A stretch of 64,000 nucleotides of DNA from the NCBI GenBank assembly GCA_964016885.1, contig OZ024742.1, positions 277,574,001-277,638,000 of the forward strand, given 5' to 3'. Position numbers and translations under genes: made by a program. The first letter of the stretch is position 1, and every line of letters begins with the position of its first letter. Under the pieces are notes generated by a model. It saw only the letters and a list, made by a program, of their open reading frames with translations, was not told the DNA's origin and did not search any database. The stretch comes from Eledone cirrhosa (Eukaryota). Below, in pieces: positions 35,840-48,820 of this stretch.

Positions 35840-37012
35840 TTTTTGTGGAAGGGACGTGCTCCCATGGCCAGACGATACATCTGCTGACAGCACCCGTTAC
35901 GTGGAGGACTGGACATGCCGCGGCTGATGATGCGCAAACATGCACTAAGGCTGCGACATCTCTGGTGCTTCCTTGACGGTGAACAGGTGTGGTCGCCGTT
36001 TGCCAGACGCGTTTTCCCCAGCTCGTCTCCTTGACGGAGCTGCAGTCTTGGATCAGGAAAAGACCGAGGGATAGCGCTTGGAAGCTGGAATGTCTCCAAG
36101 CGCTCACCGCCCTCTACCAGCTGGGCACTAATATCAGTGGAACATCCACCTCAGCGTTCTATAGAGGACTAGTGGAGGGGAAGAGCGACGACATTCTCGG
36201 GGAGACCCTGGACGTCGAAGACGATCAGCTATTCGCTTTTTTCAAGAGAACTTTTTGCCCGTGGCTTACGGACAACTTCCAGAAATCCCTGGCCTGGTAG
36301 TGCTACTAGGAAGCGTTGCCGGTTCGAGATAAGCTCTACAGGCACGAAAGTGCCGTCAGCCGAGCCTGTCCGAGATGCGCGAAGGGCGACGAAACCGTCG
36401 TGCACGCATTCGTTCAGTGCCCGATCATTGCTGACAAGTGGGGCTATGTCGAACAGTTGCTGTTGCGTGTAGGACGAATCCGGTTATCCGGTTATCATTG
36501 TGCAGATAGCTCCGCCGTCCTCCTTTAAAGAAGAGGAAGGACAGGCAGTTTTCATCTATCTACCTGGTGGCCATGGCAAAAGAGATTGTGTGGTGGACAA
36601 GGTTGAAAGGATTGAAGACGGACACTTTCCTCTCCGGCGAATCCCTGATTAACTTTTTCAAATTTCACTTGAAGAGGAAAATCAGGGTGGAAAGGCAAGT
36701 GTTGTCTTCTAGTAAGTTTGTTGAAAGGTGGGTGTATGCGCCTGTAGACTGAGGAGTGGTAGAACTGAGAGAGGGCGCTTGCCCTGGAGGTCAGGGTGGT
36801 CATGGTCTTTTGTGTTTTCACCACGAGTAACCTTCGGAGGTTTCCCCCCTATTGGGAAATTTTTGTTTGAAATTTTAATTTGTTTTTACACATTTCTATT
36901 TTCTTGTTATAACCTTTTTACACGGCCAAAACCCACTTTGTATTGTCCTGTACCGTTCCGTACCGTCTGTAATGTTTTTCTTCATATTAGCCCTTGTGGC
37001 TAATAAAGAAAC
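35840..37012 (+). mobile_element. 5'-truncated L1/Tx1-clade LINE (zf-RVT C-terminus and 3' UTR)
   Basis: GGLDMP...LRLRHL, LPVRDKLYRH...CPRC...DETVVHAFVQC (CCHC), and AATAAA near the 3' end. Confidence 0.85.
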
Positions 37013-37566
37013 CATTATTATAATAAATTCAATATATTGATAGAACTTTGACAAATGATAGCTAAGAAAAAGTATATCTCTTTGTAGACGTTGAAACATA
37101 TGAAGAACAGGTAATAGAAAAGTAGCTATACGTCATACCTTCGTTTATCTACACTTCATATTCCAGAAATGTCAGCGTTAGGAAAGCAATGATATTATCT
37201 TTGTAAATTTTGACGAGTCTGAAGTACTAATAACGTGATACAGAAGCTACTTTTGTATATTACTATTGTACCGAAACATTTTATCATGTATTAGCAGTTA
37301 ACCATGATAGACTCGTCGCACCTCACGCTGTGACTGTGCTGTCCACGGTAACTGAATATGCTTTCATTTTTTTAATACAAATTTATTGTTTTGTAATTAA
37401 AAAAATATTGTTTGGAACACGAAAGAAATTATTTTTGTTAATACAAACTTCTCCCTAATTGAGCACGTCTATGGTGATGGCTGTTCTAGCCATGACCATC
37501 CCGATTTTTTACATCTCTCTCGTGCTTAAATATGAGAGCTGAATACATTTTATGTATTAGCAATTA

Positions 37567-37959
37567 GCCTTGATCGTCTAATTCAGAGGTTCTCAATCTT
37601 TTTGGGCCACCGTCCACCACGGCCACGTATTACCCTTAGCGCCGCCACTCCTATTTCCAGTGAGACCTGCCTACACGCAAATTTTAAATAAATAAAATCA
37701 TTAATCTATATATAATAAATAATATAATATATACTATGTATAAATAAATATTATATATTTTTTACTTTACTCTATTTATATATAATATGTATCATTTGAT
37801 ATTTAATATACCACCCCACTACCACCTTAGTCTCCAGCGCCACCCTGGACCTTCTCAATGCCTCCCGGGGTGGTGGTAGCGCCCACTTTGAGAACCTCTG
37901 GTCTAGTCGCCCCCCACGCTGTGACTGTGGTAACCCATGTTTCAGTCCTGTCCACGGCA
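37567..37959 (+). pseudogene. tRNA-His pseudogene split by a MITE
   Basis: GCCTTGATCGTCTA[MITE]GTCTAGTCGCCCCCCACGCTGTGACTGTGGTAACCC...CACGGCA. Confidence 0.75.
37584..37900. mobile_element. hAT-type MITE
   Basis: TIRs CAGAGGTTCTCAA / TTGAGAACCTCTG; degenerate 8-bp TSD GTCTAATT / GTCTAGTC. Confidence 0.85.
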
Positions 37960-38143
37960 ACTTAATACGCTTTCATTTTTTAAATACAAATTTAGTTTTG
38001 TAACTAAAAAAAAATATTGTTCGGCACCCGAAAGAAAGTATTTTAGTTAATACAAACTCTCCCTTAATTGATCACGTCTATGGTCAAAGATGTTCTAGCA
38101 AAGATGTTTTACATGTTTCATGTTTTATTATGAGAGTTGAAAA

Positions 38144-38357
38144 GGGCAGTGGATTGGCAGCATCGGTAGAGCGCCGGATAACATGCATCGTGACAGAGAG
38201 TTACAGCCCTTTACGTTCTGAGTTCAAATCCCTCCGAGGTTGACTTTGCCTTTCCTCCTTACGGAGTCGATAAAATAAAGTACCAGTAAGCACTGGGGGC
38301 CGATTTAACTGACTTTCTCCTCCCCTTCAAATTGCTGGTCTTGTGCCTAAACAATTA
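38144..38357 (+). mobile_element. tRNA-derived SINE (longer-tail subfamily)
   Basis: Same head and core; ATTATGAGAG(T/C)TGAA flanking repeats. Confidence 0.88.
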
Positions 38358-38451
38358 TGAGAGCTGAATAAAATATGAATGCGAACTTCCAATAAATAAG
38401 TAAATATTTATTGTCAAAAGATATTTAACGATACAAAAATTGTGCTTTAAC

Positions 38452-38524
38452 TGCCGTCACCAGGATTCGAACCTGGGTTACCACGGCCACAACGTGGGGG
38501 TCCTAACCACTAGACGACAACGGC
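38452..38524 (-). tRNA. tRNA-His-GTG: tRNA-His(GUG) variant: two G.U pairs in the acceptor stem and one extra C
   Basis: GCCGTTG/TGACGGC; D, anticodon and T arms canonical; T5 terminator. Confidence 0.65.
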
Positions 38525-39153
38525 TATCAGTTTCACATATCAATAGCTGCCGATATAATACTGTTAAATGAACATTACAAGCTGCTATGTGTTTCTTAAG
38601 TTTTATATTGTCATATTCTAAGAATATATTTGAAATGTTTATTTCTCACTGACTGCTTCGGCTAATTCTTCAGAGATCCAGTGGTGGAAATGAGGTTTAC
38701 TCGGAGATACCAATTACAAATATATCTTCATTTCCAGTTGTCGTTTTTTTATGATTAATTTCTACTGATGGTGGTATTCGTTATTAATTATCCCAAGGGC
38801 GGAGAATTGGCAGAATCGGTAGCGCGTCGGACACCCTGCCTTTCGTGTGCCGAACAATATTTTTTTTAGTTACAAAATTAAATTTGTATAAAAAAAATGA
38901 AAGACGATCACGGTTAACTGCTAAAACATAATAAAATACTTCGATATAAACGTGATATACAAAAGTAGCTCTTGCTTCACGTTATTAGTACTTCACAGTT
39001 GTCAAAATTTATAAAGATAATATTGTTTTCATAACGTTGACATTCTGGAATATGAATTGTTGATAAATGTCTGCAAATGAAGATATTTATTATCACCTAT
39101 CACTTGTCAAAGTTCTGTATTGTTTGATAATTAAAAAAGAAAAACATGTTATA

Positions 39154-40100
39154 CAGGGTGACCCCACCCCAAAAAACAGAACTCATAAACATTTGATTAA
39201 ATTCTACAAAGGTTCGGCAAATTTCTTGAAATTTGGTGGACTTAAACTTCAGTCTGTGTACGATCCTTCCCCAAAGTTTCAGTTATCTTGGTAGCTTTGC
39301 ATAAAAGTCATGTTCTTTCCAAAATATGCTCCAATATGAGCCGATGATGCTATGTTTAGAGATTGCTACCCATGCTGTGTACTTTGTTAAATGTAACTGC
39401 CTCTGTAACACATTCTCCGGTGAGGCTGTACCTCAATAAACATTATTTTTGCTGTTTACATGTCCTGACAGCAGAAAGTGCGCTTCGTCAGAGAACCAAA
39501 CATGATCCAAGAAGTCTGGATTGACTGCGATCATGTCACAAAACCATTCGCACATGGTTACGCGTGTTTCCATGTCTGCCTCCGTAAGTTTGTACTTTAT
39601 TTGGATATGAAGATCTGATTTGATAACACGCCTCAAAGACTCTCGAGAGATTTCCAGCTCTTGACTGCGCCGTCGAAGTGATTTCTTTGGGATCCGCCCC
39701 ACTGAGTCCCGTACAGCATCAATGTTCCTTTCTGTCCTAGCACTCACCCTCCGACCAGAATAAGTGTCTCTCAGACCTTTAGAATTAAGATTTTGCATAG
39801 TCCCATACTCTCTGAACTTCTGAACCCAGTCAAAAATTCTGCTTTTTGATGGAGCATGACGACACCGAAACTGTCTCCGAAAATTTGTTTGCACTACAGT
39901 GTATGATTTGTTGGCGAAATAGGTCTCCAGGCAAAATGTCTTTTCCTTGGTTGATCAAGACATATTGAGGAAGATTATTGTTCCAATCTTTCATTCACAA
40001 ATTCGAGTTGTATGCTCTGAAAAAGAAAAGAAGAAAAATTAAAATTATCAGTTTTATTCAAATCTTTGTGGGTTTCTGTTTTTTTTTTTGGGTCACCCTG
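39154..40100 (-). mobile_element. Internally deleted Tc1/mariner-superfamily transposon with TIRs and TA TSD
   Basis: TA|CAGGGTGACCC ... GGGTCACCCTG|TA. ORF 39433-39894 has an HTH region and WFSDEAHFLLSGHVNSKN. Confidence 0.9.
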
Positions 40101-40141
40101 TACTTATCCCGACTTTAAGTCCTTTAACTTGTGACATTATA

Positions 40142-40450
40142 GGCGGCGAATTACCAGAAGAGTCGTTAGAACGTCTGATTGAAAGCTTTGCGATATTCGT
40201 TCCGGCTCTCTGTTCTCTGAGTTCAAATCCCGCCGAGGTCAACTTTGTTTTTCATCCTTTCAAGGTCGATAACAAAAGTAGCGGTCTAGTACACGGATCG
40301 ATTCTACCTCTATATCTCTTTCTCATTTCCTCTCTCTCACTTTCTATCTTTCTCTGGAAGAAATCTGCTGTACTCAGGCCTGGAGAGGGATGGGCTCCGC
40401 CAGGCTTAAAATGCCCAAGAAACGCCGTATGTCAATACGGCGCCCATACG
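40142..40450 (+). mobile_element. Degenerate SINE (related subfamily)
   Basis: GGCGGCGAATT...CTGAGTTCAAATCCCGCCGAGGTCAACTTTG...TCATCCTTTCAAGGTCGATAA. Confidence 0.7.
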
Positions 40451-41148
40451 ACCCTATCATGTGTTACGGGACCATACATACATTCATACAACTTGTGACA
40501 TTAATGTATTTGAAAAAAAGAAAACAAAAAAAAAGAGTGTAGAATCATAATAAATAAACAAGTATATTTTTATTGACAGAACTTTAGCAAAGACTTGCTA
40601 ATAATAAATATTACGTTTAGTAGAAATTGACATACAAATATTGGTAATTGAGAAGTAAGCATACTTCGTAACTTTTTGTAATATTCCGCTCAACGTGTCT
40701 TTCACAAGTTATCTGAAGCTGTGTTATATAAAAACAAAGAATCTTCCAAAAGTTAGTGTCAGGTAAACAATGAACAGAAATTGGCGGGCGATTTCGAAAT
40801 TTTCGTGGAGATATACGATTTTGAGTATTAAGATGTGGCGCGGTAAATAAATATATACATATACACAAAGGAATCAAATTCTCACTGTCACCGCGCTCCC
40901 TATCTCTCACTGATATAAACAAATGGGAGCCCAACTCTGAAGAAAGGCAAAGGATAGCTACTTTTGTATATCACAAATATAGTCAAAATCTCCGTCTGGT
41001 AACCATGATTGCCTGGTGGCATGGACCTTGGGCCGTGGTAACCCAGATTTGAATCTTCTTCGTAACTGTTTTTATAATACAATTTTTTTTCAAATTTATT
41101 GTTTTGTAAATTAATTATATATATTTACACACACACACACACGTGCAC

Positions 41149-41149
<1 letters not shown>

Positions 41150-41179
<30 letters not shown>

Positions 41180-41890
41180 CTTCTTCTTCTTCTTCTTTGG
41201 AGACTCATGCGGGCAGAGTTCTGAAACACTCCTTGGTCCTGTCAAATGCAACCATTTTCAATTGATTTTTAATATCGGTGCTGTGATATCCCAATTTGGA
41301 AAAATAGGGCCTCTACCTGGAGCGACTCTCTGATCCCCGAGCTACGCACGTACTTTCTTTTTAAAGCTTTTTAAAGCCGAATTTCATCCTTCCCAGCTGT
41401 TTTGCAACATATGAGCTCTTTAATTGCTCTTGTGACCTCAGCCTCCGAGAGAGTTATCATCGCTCCCAGAAGCATCTCGCATACATCAGATATGTTATGA
41501 CCGGGTTTAGATCAGCAAAAGTTTTCTCTCCACCTCGCGAGGAAGCACTTCACCGAAAAGAGGAGAACCATAGATGCGTTCCGTTTTGGAGGAGGACTAC
41601 TTATTACGAAGTCGGCAGATCGCCTGATGTTGGATTCCAGCTTAATCCCAAAGTCCTCTTATATCTTAACTTGGACGTCTTTATTGTACCTGCTGCTACT
41701 CTTCGCGTATGCTTGTACTGCAAGTGCAAGAATGAGGACTTATTTCCAAGCTAATATTTGTAAACCTTCTTCTTTATTCGGATGGCATATTTGACCACTT
41801 GATTGACCCAAAAGGTCCTCCTGCCACTCTGCGTGACACTAAGCCTCTTTCATCTGCAGCATTTAACAGCTTCGAAAGGTCGGCTGAAGC
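41150..41890 (-). mobile_element. LINE-like fragment next to (CTT)n
   Basis: GC-richer insert in the tRNA spacer, abutting a simple-repeat tail; clade not confidently assigned. Confidence 0.4.
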
Positions 41891-42019
41891 AAACAGGTTA
41901 AATAATAATTTAAAATTTCTTTGTATAATGAAACTCCACACAACGAGATAAACACACAGTAGCGAGTGATTTTGATTTATCAGTGTTATATTGCAGGACT
42001 GTGGTATTATTAGCTGGTA

Positions 42020-42091
42020 GCCGTGATCGTCTATTGGTTTTGACCCCATGCTGTGGCCGTGGAAATCCAGATTCAAATTCTGGTCATGGCA
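42020..42091 (+). pseudogene. Degenerate tRNA-His
   Basis: GCCGTGATCGTCTATTGGTTTTGACCCCATGCTGTGGCCGTGG...TCATGGCA. Confidence 0.8.
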
Positions 42092-42304
42092 GTTAATACG
42101 GAAGTTTTTTTCTTCAAACTTATTGATTTGTAATTGAAACAAAACCATGCTCGGAATATTAACAAATGTATTGTTGGTGTGCATAAAGTCATCCTTGATG
42201 GAAAACATTAATTACAGCTGTTGCAGTCACATCCTTCTTGTCTTTAAGTTCTTACATGTGTAATATTATTGAATTTGAAAAAAGAAAATGCAATATCATA
42301 ATCA

Positions 42305-42635
42305 ATCCCGCTTCCGTTTGCCGACAGGTGGTGTCCAGTTCATCGCTGTTTTCGAGTGTCGTTCGTTGGGCAGGCGCAGAATATGACCAGCCAGGCGGCA
42401 CCGGTGCTCCGCGACCACCCTCTGCAGCGTCCACGACTCGGCTCTCCGCAGGATTTCCTCGTTTCGAACTCGGTCGAAGGATACGCGAAGGATCCTTTGC
42501 AGGCATCGCTGGTGGAATGCGTTCAGCCGTCTCTCTATCTTTGCCGTTCTCTTCCAGGTTTCGTTCGCGTAAAGCATTGTCGGCAACACGATGCTCTTGT
42601 ACAGGTGCAGCTTGGTCCTGGTGCTGATGCATGAA
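42305..42635 (-). mobile_element. RTE-clade LINE fragment
   Basis: TKLHLYKSIVLPTMLYANETW...LNAFHQRCLQRIL...RNEEIL...GHILRL...GKRKR. Confidence 0.88.
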
Positions 42636-42970
42636 GACGACCAGACTATCAATAACAATATACTTGTGTATTTATTATGAAGTCTGGTTGTCTTCATAAT
42701 AAATACACAAGTATATTTTTATTGATAGACGTTTAACAAAGATCTGGTCATAAATATTACATTTAGTAGACATTAAAACATACGAACCACTAGTAATTGA
42801 AAAGTATCGAATTCTAGCGTAACCCTCCCATACCTCTAACTGAAGCAGTGTAAATACAAGCTAAGAAAACATCTTCGTAGAATTTGACAACACTTGATGT
42901 AACAAATCTAACTAGCTAGAACGTATATCACCATTATATTGGGTATTGGTTTGGTCATGTATTAGCTGGT

Positions 42971-43042
42971 CTCTGTGATCGACTGGTGGCTAGAGCTTCA
43001 TGTTGTGGCTAAATATCCTACGTTCGAATCGTGATAACAGCA
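42971..43042 (+). pseudogene. Highly degenerate tRNA-His
   Basis: TGTGATCGACTGGTGGCTAGAGCTTCATGTTGTGGC...GTTCGAATC with the family's conserved flanks. Confidence 0.65.
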
Positions 43043-43129
43043 GCTAACATTTATATTTTGTAATTAAAATGAATACTGTTCGGAACGTCGAAAGAAAATA
43101 TTCTTGGTTAATATACACCTTGTTTTTCT

Positions 43130-43355
43130 CTCCCTTTTGGCTGTTTTCCAGTTTGCTTTCTTCTCTTCTCTTATAGTGAGTGTGTGTCCGTGAAACATAT
43201 ACATATACACCAGGTCCGAACAAAAAAGAACCAAACTCCCACTGTCACTGCCTCTGCCTCTCCCGCTCTCCTCATCTCTCACTATTATAAGCAAATGGTG
43301 GCCCATGTGCCAACCGCCCTGCGGCCCCGGTGGACAGAATAGCGAAGGCGTTCCT
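43130..43355 (-). mobile_element. Very short CRE-like ORF end with putative 3' UTR
   Basis: RNAFAILSTG resembles the RGNAFAILSA end at 23000. The adjacent segment recurs at ~40860-40935 and inverted at ~47870-47960. Confidence 0.45.
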
Positions 43356-43630
43356 CCAGGGAGACGAGCTGGAAGAGAATAGAGAAGGCGTTTCTAAGGG
43401 AGACGTGCTGGAAGTGCCATTCCAGCTAACAGTAGGCATATTTCGTACACTCGTATAACATTCCCCCAATGAACAGATCAAATTTCAAAAGTCAACGGAA
43501 GCAGTGTAAAATAAATACAATGAAAATATCTTTATAGAATTTAATAACGCAGAACATAAGGAACACAAACAGTTACCTAGTTAAGAATCTTATCTTTGTA
43601 TAACAAAGCCGCAATAAGTATCAGCTGATA

Positions 43631-43700
43631 ACCGTGATCGTCTAATGGTTAGAACCCACGTGGTGGCTGTGATAACCCAGATTCAAATCCTAGTCATGGA
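43631..43700 (+). pseudogene. Degenerate tRNA-His
   Basis: ACCGTGATCGTCTAATGGTTAGAACCCACGTGGTGGCTGTG... Confidence 0.75.
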
Positions 43701-44039
43701 ATTTGTTTATAATTAAACATAAATTGCTCAGTATGTCAACAGAAATATTCTTGGTTATCCAAAGTCATTCCTGATTGTGTAGGACAATGGTCAGTGTTCC
43801 AGCTGTTAAACCGAATAACGTATTTCTCTGCGTAATTATAATAAATAAACTATTACATTTCTATTGGAAGAACATTGACAGATGGCAGCTAATAATAATT
43901 ATCTCCATTTATAGTAATTGAAACACACGAAAAGTGAATAGTTGCGAAGCAGGTATACGTCCTACCTCCGTCTACCTTCAAAAAGCCAGCGTTATGGAAA
44001 CAATGACATTATCTTTTAATTTTGATAACTCTAATGAAA

Positions 44040-44227
44040 TAACTATTTCTACTTTTGGCACAAGGCCAAAAATTGACCAGTGCATTACTGATACTTTATT
44101 TTATCGACCCCGTAAGGATGAAAGGCAAAGTTAACCTCGGAGGGATTTGAACTCAGTCCGCAAAGGGACGTAACTCTGTGCTGCAAAGCATGTTGTCCGA
44201 CCCTCTACCGATACTGCCAATCCGCCA
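44040..44227 (-). mobile_element. tRNA-derived SINE
   Basis: Same family as 24155. Confidence 0.88.
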
Positions 44228-44290
44228 AAGCAGGAACTAATTTTGTATATCACTATTGTATCGAAGCAATTTAGCATGTATAAGATGATA

Positions 44291-44362
44291 ACCATGATCG
44301 TCTAGTAGTTAGAACACAATGTTGTGGCCGTGCTAACCCAGTTTCGAATCCTGCACACGGCA
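44291..44362 (+). pseudogene. Degenerate tRNA-His
   Basis: ACCATGATCGTCTAGTAGTTAGAAC...TTGTGGCCGTG...TTCGAATCCTGCACACGGCA. Confidence 0.78.
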
Positions 44363-44571
44363 GGTAATACAAAGTTTTTTTTTCCTTCAAACTTATAATT
44401 GATTAAAAAAAACAAAAAAACATTTTGGGAATATCAACGAAAATATTGTTGGGAAGAAAAATGTTATTTCTGATGAATGACATTTATCACAGATGTTCCT
44501 GTCATACCCATCCCGTCTTTAAGTTCTTAAACATATTTTATAATGGGAAGTGAAAAGGAATGGATGCATAA

Positions 44572-44983
44572 TAATTGTTTCTACATTTGGCACAAGGCCA
44601 GCAATTAGCCAGTACATTATTGGTACTTTATTTTATCGACCCCGTAAGGATGAAAGGCAAAGTTAACCTCGGCGGGATTTGAACTCAGACCGTAAAGGGA
44701 CGTAACTATGCTGGAAAGCATGGCGTCCGACTCTCTACCGATACTGCCAATCCACATGCATAATAATGGTTTCTCATTTAGGCAGAAGGCCAGGAATTTG
44801 GGGGGAGGGGAAAGTCAATTAAATCGACCCCAGTGCGTGACTGGTAGTTTATTTTATTGATCCCGTAAGGATGAAAGGCAAAACTAACCTCAGCAGGATT
44901 TGAACTCAGAACGTAATGGGTCGTAACTCTATGTCACGAAGCAGGGTGTCCGACGCTCTACCTATACTGCCAGTCCATCGTCC
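44572..44983 (-). mobile_element. Two adjacent tRNA-derived SINEs (44572-44754 and 44763-44983)
   Basis: Two consecutive copies of the family core; ATGCATAATAAT flanks the first. Confidence 0.88.
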
Positions 44984-45831
44984 TGAATGAATACACAATA
45001 AATAAACAAGCATATTTTTTATTGATATAAATTTAACAAAGCCTAGCCAATAATACTATGTGTAGTAAACATTGACATTCTAACCTCCGGCATTTGAAAA
45101 GTAAGTATACTTCCTATTCTAGAGTAACTTCCCCATTTTAAGCATTGAATCTTTCAAATTTAGCTGAACCCATTTTAAAGAAAAACAATGAAAATACCTG
45201 TAAATAATTTAACAACACTTTACACATAAAATCTCACAGTTTCTAGCAACTTAAGTACATCATCATTATATTGGATAGCGTTGAAATGAAATCTGTGATC
45301 GTCCAGTGGTCAGTTGTAACCAGGATTCCAAACCCGATGACAACAATTCACAAGGACGCCTTTTTTTACGTCACGTTTATTATTTTGTAATTAACAAAGA
45401 TCATGTCGGGAATATCAACAAATATGTTGTTGGTAAGCCAATATCACACCTGGTGGATGGCAATAGCTAGTGATGTACCACCCCGTCTCATAATTACTTA
45501 TGTTTCTTTGAAGAGAAATGAAAAGAAAAAAAATGCATAATTGTGAGAGTTAAACAAGTATAATTTATTGAGAGAAATTTGCTAAAACTAGCCAATATTA
45601 TATATTAGGTTTAGTAGACATGGAAACAGACATGGAAGCATACGAACATTGGTAAATAAGAAATAGATATACGTCGCAACCCTTCATCCCTACTACTGAA
45701 TTTTCTAAAAGCCAGCAGAAACAGAGTTATATAAACAATGATTGAATCTCAACATAAAAAAAACATACTAGATAAGAAACTATATATATATCACTATTAT
45801 ATTGAACTATTACGCCATGTATTTTCTGATT

Positions 45832-45903
45832 GTTTTGATCGTCTAATGAAAAGGATCCCACGTTGTAGCTGTGGTAACCCATGTTTGAGTCCTGGTCACG
45901 GCA
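45832..45903 (+). pseudogene. Degenerate tRNA-His
   Basis: TGATCGTCTAATGAAAAGGATCCCACGTTGTAGCTGTGGTAACCC...CCTGGTCACGGCA. Confidence 0.75.
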
Positions 45904-46618
45904 GCTTAATATACTTTCATTTTTTAATACAAAATTGTTTTGTAAATTAAAAAAACAATTTGTTTGGAACATGAAAGAAATTATTTTTGTTAATACAAAC
46001 TTCTCCCTGGTCGATCAAATCTATTGTCAAAGGTGCTCTAGCCACGACCATCCTTTTTTTTTTTTACATCTGTTTCATGTTATATTATGAGAGCTGAATA
46101 AAAATTGAATCCATAATTACAACAAATAAACAAGTAAATATTTATTGATAGAATCTTGTTAATGCTAGTTATTAACGAATATCACCATCTGTAGAAATAG
46201 ATCATGAAAAACAACAACTGGAAATTGTATCTCTGTATCCTCGAATAACCCCCATTTCCACCACTGAATCTTCAAAAACTCAGCTGAATTGTTCATTGTC
46301 AAATAACACTATGTAAAATGATTGTTCTTGGGTAGCAACTATTATTTCCTATTTGTGTATGCCTAGAAAGTATGACAAATGGTTAATGTTGTCTTAAAAC
46401 ATTGCTTTTATGGTCATGATAATGATATTTCTAGATTTACATAATCCCATTTGGAAAACTGTCAAATGTGAACATTCTACAAACATATTTGTGATGATTA
46501 TAATCATCTCAAATATGTTTGTAGAATGTGACATGACAAAACGTGAGAAACACTCAGCCATTTGTAATTTTGATTTATCAGTATTATATAAGAGAAGTGT
46601 TGTATGTGTTAGCTGGTA

Positions 46619-46690
46619 GCCGTGATCGTCTAGTGATTAGGACCACACGTTGTGGTCGTGGTAACCCGAGGTTGAATCCAGATAACGGCA
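46619..46690 (+). pseudogene. Degenerate tRNA-His
   Basis: GCCGTGATCGTCTAGTGATTAGGACCACACGTTGTGGTCGTGG; B box damaged. Confidence 0.8.
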
Positions 46691-47762
46691 GTTGATCAGC
46701 TGATACAAATAAATTTTCTTTTTCTTTAAACTTATTGATTTGGAATTGAAATAAAAACATATTCCGAATATTATCGAATATATTGTTAGTGAGAAGAACA
46801 TCATCTCTTATGGATGACATTAATAACAGCTGTTCTGGTCATATCCGCCCAGTCTTTGAGTTCTGGGAATTGAAAAGAAATGAATGCAGAATAAAAGTAA
46901 ATAAACTAGTATTTCTATATTGATAGAAAATTAACAAAGACTAGCTAATAATAAATTTTACGTTTAGTAGACTTTGAAAGATACGAGTCCTCTCATTGAA
47001 TCTTTAAAAAATCATCTAAAGCAGTGTGATAAAAGTGAAGAAAATATCTTCGTAGAATTTGACAACACTAGATGTAAACAAATCTCAGAATAGCTAGCAA
47101 GTTACATATATCACCATTATATTGGACACTGGTGATATATATCAGCTGATAACCAGAATCACAAAAGATAACTACTTTCTTATATCACAATAATTTTGGA
47201 AGGTTGTTTTTTAAAAATTTGTTTTCTTTTTCTAAGCCTGCAGATATTTTCTTTGAAAGCAAAGTTTTTTCATGGACCCATAAAATACTACCCTGGACCC
47301 CTGATTTACTATTTTTTCTGTGGACTCCCAAAATTCTAATATGGAGCCCTAGAGTCCATGTGACCCTGCTTGAAAACCACATTCGTTTTCATAAATGTTT
47401 TGTATTTTAAATGCCCAAATCAAACAATCATTGCCTTTATTATAAATTTATTCTTAATTTTATAATTCGTTTTAAATACATTAAAAATTTTGACAAAATT
47501 ATCAGTATCTAAAATAAAATTTTAATCAATATTTTATATTTAAAAATTTTAGACTTTATTTTGACTTTATAATAAATTTTAATCTTTTTAAACAAAAAAA
47601 AAAAAAGATTATTTGCTATTTTTTATCAAAATAAATTTTTCTGCCATTTCTCAGCTATCTAAAATTTTTATAGACTTTTTAGCAAAAGATTATCCTAGTA
47701 ATAACATTAAAACACTACCGCTTTACAAAACAATAATTTTGAGAGAAAATGCTTATGTTAAC

Positions 47763-47834
47763 TGCCGTGAGGAGGATTGGAACTTAGATTAGCACCGCTA
47801 CAACGTTGGTTCCTAAACACTAGACGAGCACGGA
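47763..47834 (-). pseudogene. Highly degenerate tRNA-His
   Basis: TGCCGTGAGGAGGATTGGAAC...CACTAGACGAGCACGG. Confidence 0.7.
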
Positions 47835-48649
47835 AACCAGCAAATAGAGTCCAATATAATACTGATATAGGATGGGAGAGAACCGGAGGGACGGAGGCAG
47901 TGACAGTGGGAGTTTGGTTCTTTTGTGTTCGGACGTTGTGTATGTGTATATGTTTCACAGACCCACACTCATGTATGACGCTTGAATTAGGAGTTACTGT
48001 AAATTTAGAGCAACCACATCTACCAAAAGTATATACACCACATCATATATTCAGCTTGGTAGTGTTCTTAATGTTTTTCCTAATACTGAGATATAATAGA
48101 TCTTATCCTACGTTAGAGATTTGTATTCTGCTCTAGCCGTGATCACCATACAATTCAATTTATTTTTCAAATTTATTGTTTTGTAATTAAAAAAAGATGT
48201 TCGGGACCTGAAAGAAAATATTCTATGTTAATACAAAGCCATCCCTAATCCATCATGTCTATCAACAAAGCTATTCTAGCCATAACCGTTATTACGTCTT
48301 TAGCATGCTTTATCATGAAAACTAAAAAAAAAATTGAATGTATAATTACAATAAATAAACAAGTAAATATTTATTGATGGATTCTTGTGAAAGGATAGTT
48401 ATTAATAAATATCATCATTAATAGAAATAGATCTGAAAAACTACATCAACAACAACTGGAGATTCAGAGTTATTTACAATCTGTGTCCTAGTATCACTAA
48501 TTTTCCATCATTGAATCTTCGAAAAATCAACTGAAGTAGTCAGTGTTAAATAATCAATTGAAATATTTTTGTAGATTGAGACTCAACACAACGTAAGAGT
48601 CACGCAGTAGCTAGTAATCTTGATTCATCGGTGTTATATTAGAACACAG

Positions 48650-48764
48650 TAGTGATTGCGACCTAGTGATGGGGATCTAGTGATTGGGACCTAGTGATTG
48701 GGACCTAGTGATTGGGACCTAGTAATTGGAACCCCAAGTTGTGGCCGTCGAAACCTAGGCTTCC
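48650..48764 (+). repeat. 14-bp minisatellite (6 units) derived from the D-arm of a tRNA-His pseudogene
   Basis: (CTAGTGATTGGGAC)n runs into CCCCAAGTTGTGGCCGT, the anticodon arm. Confidence 0.75.
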
Positions 48765-48820
48765 TAATTGAAACAAAACCCAGGTTTTGTAATTGAAACA
48801 AAAGCATGTTTGGAATATAT

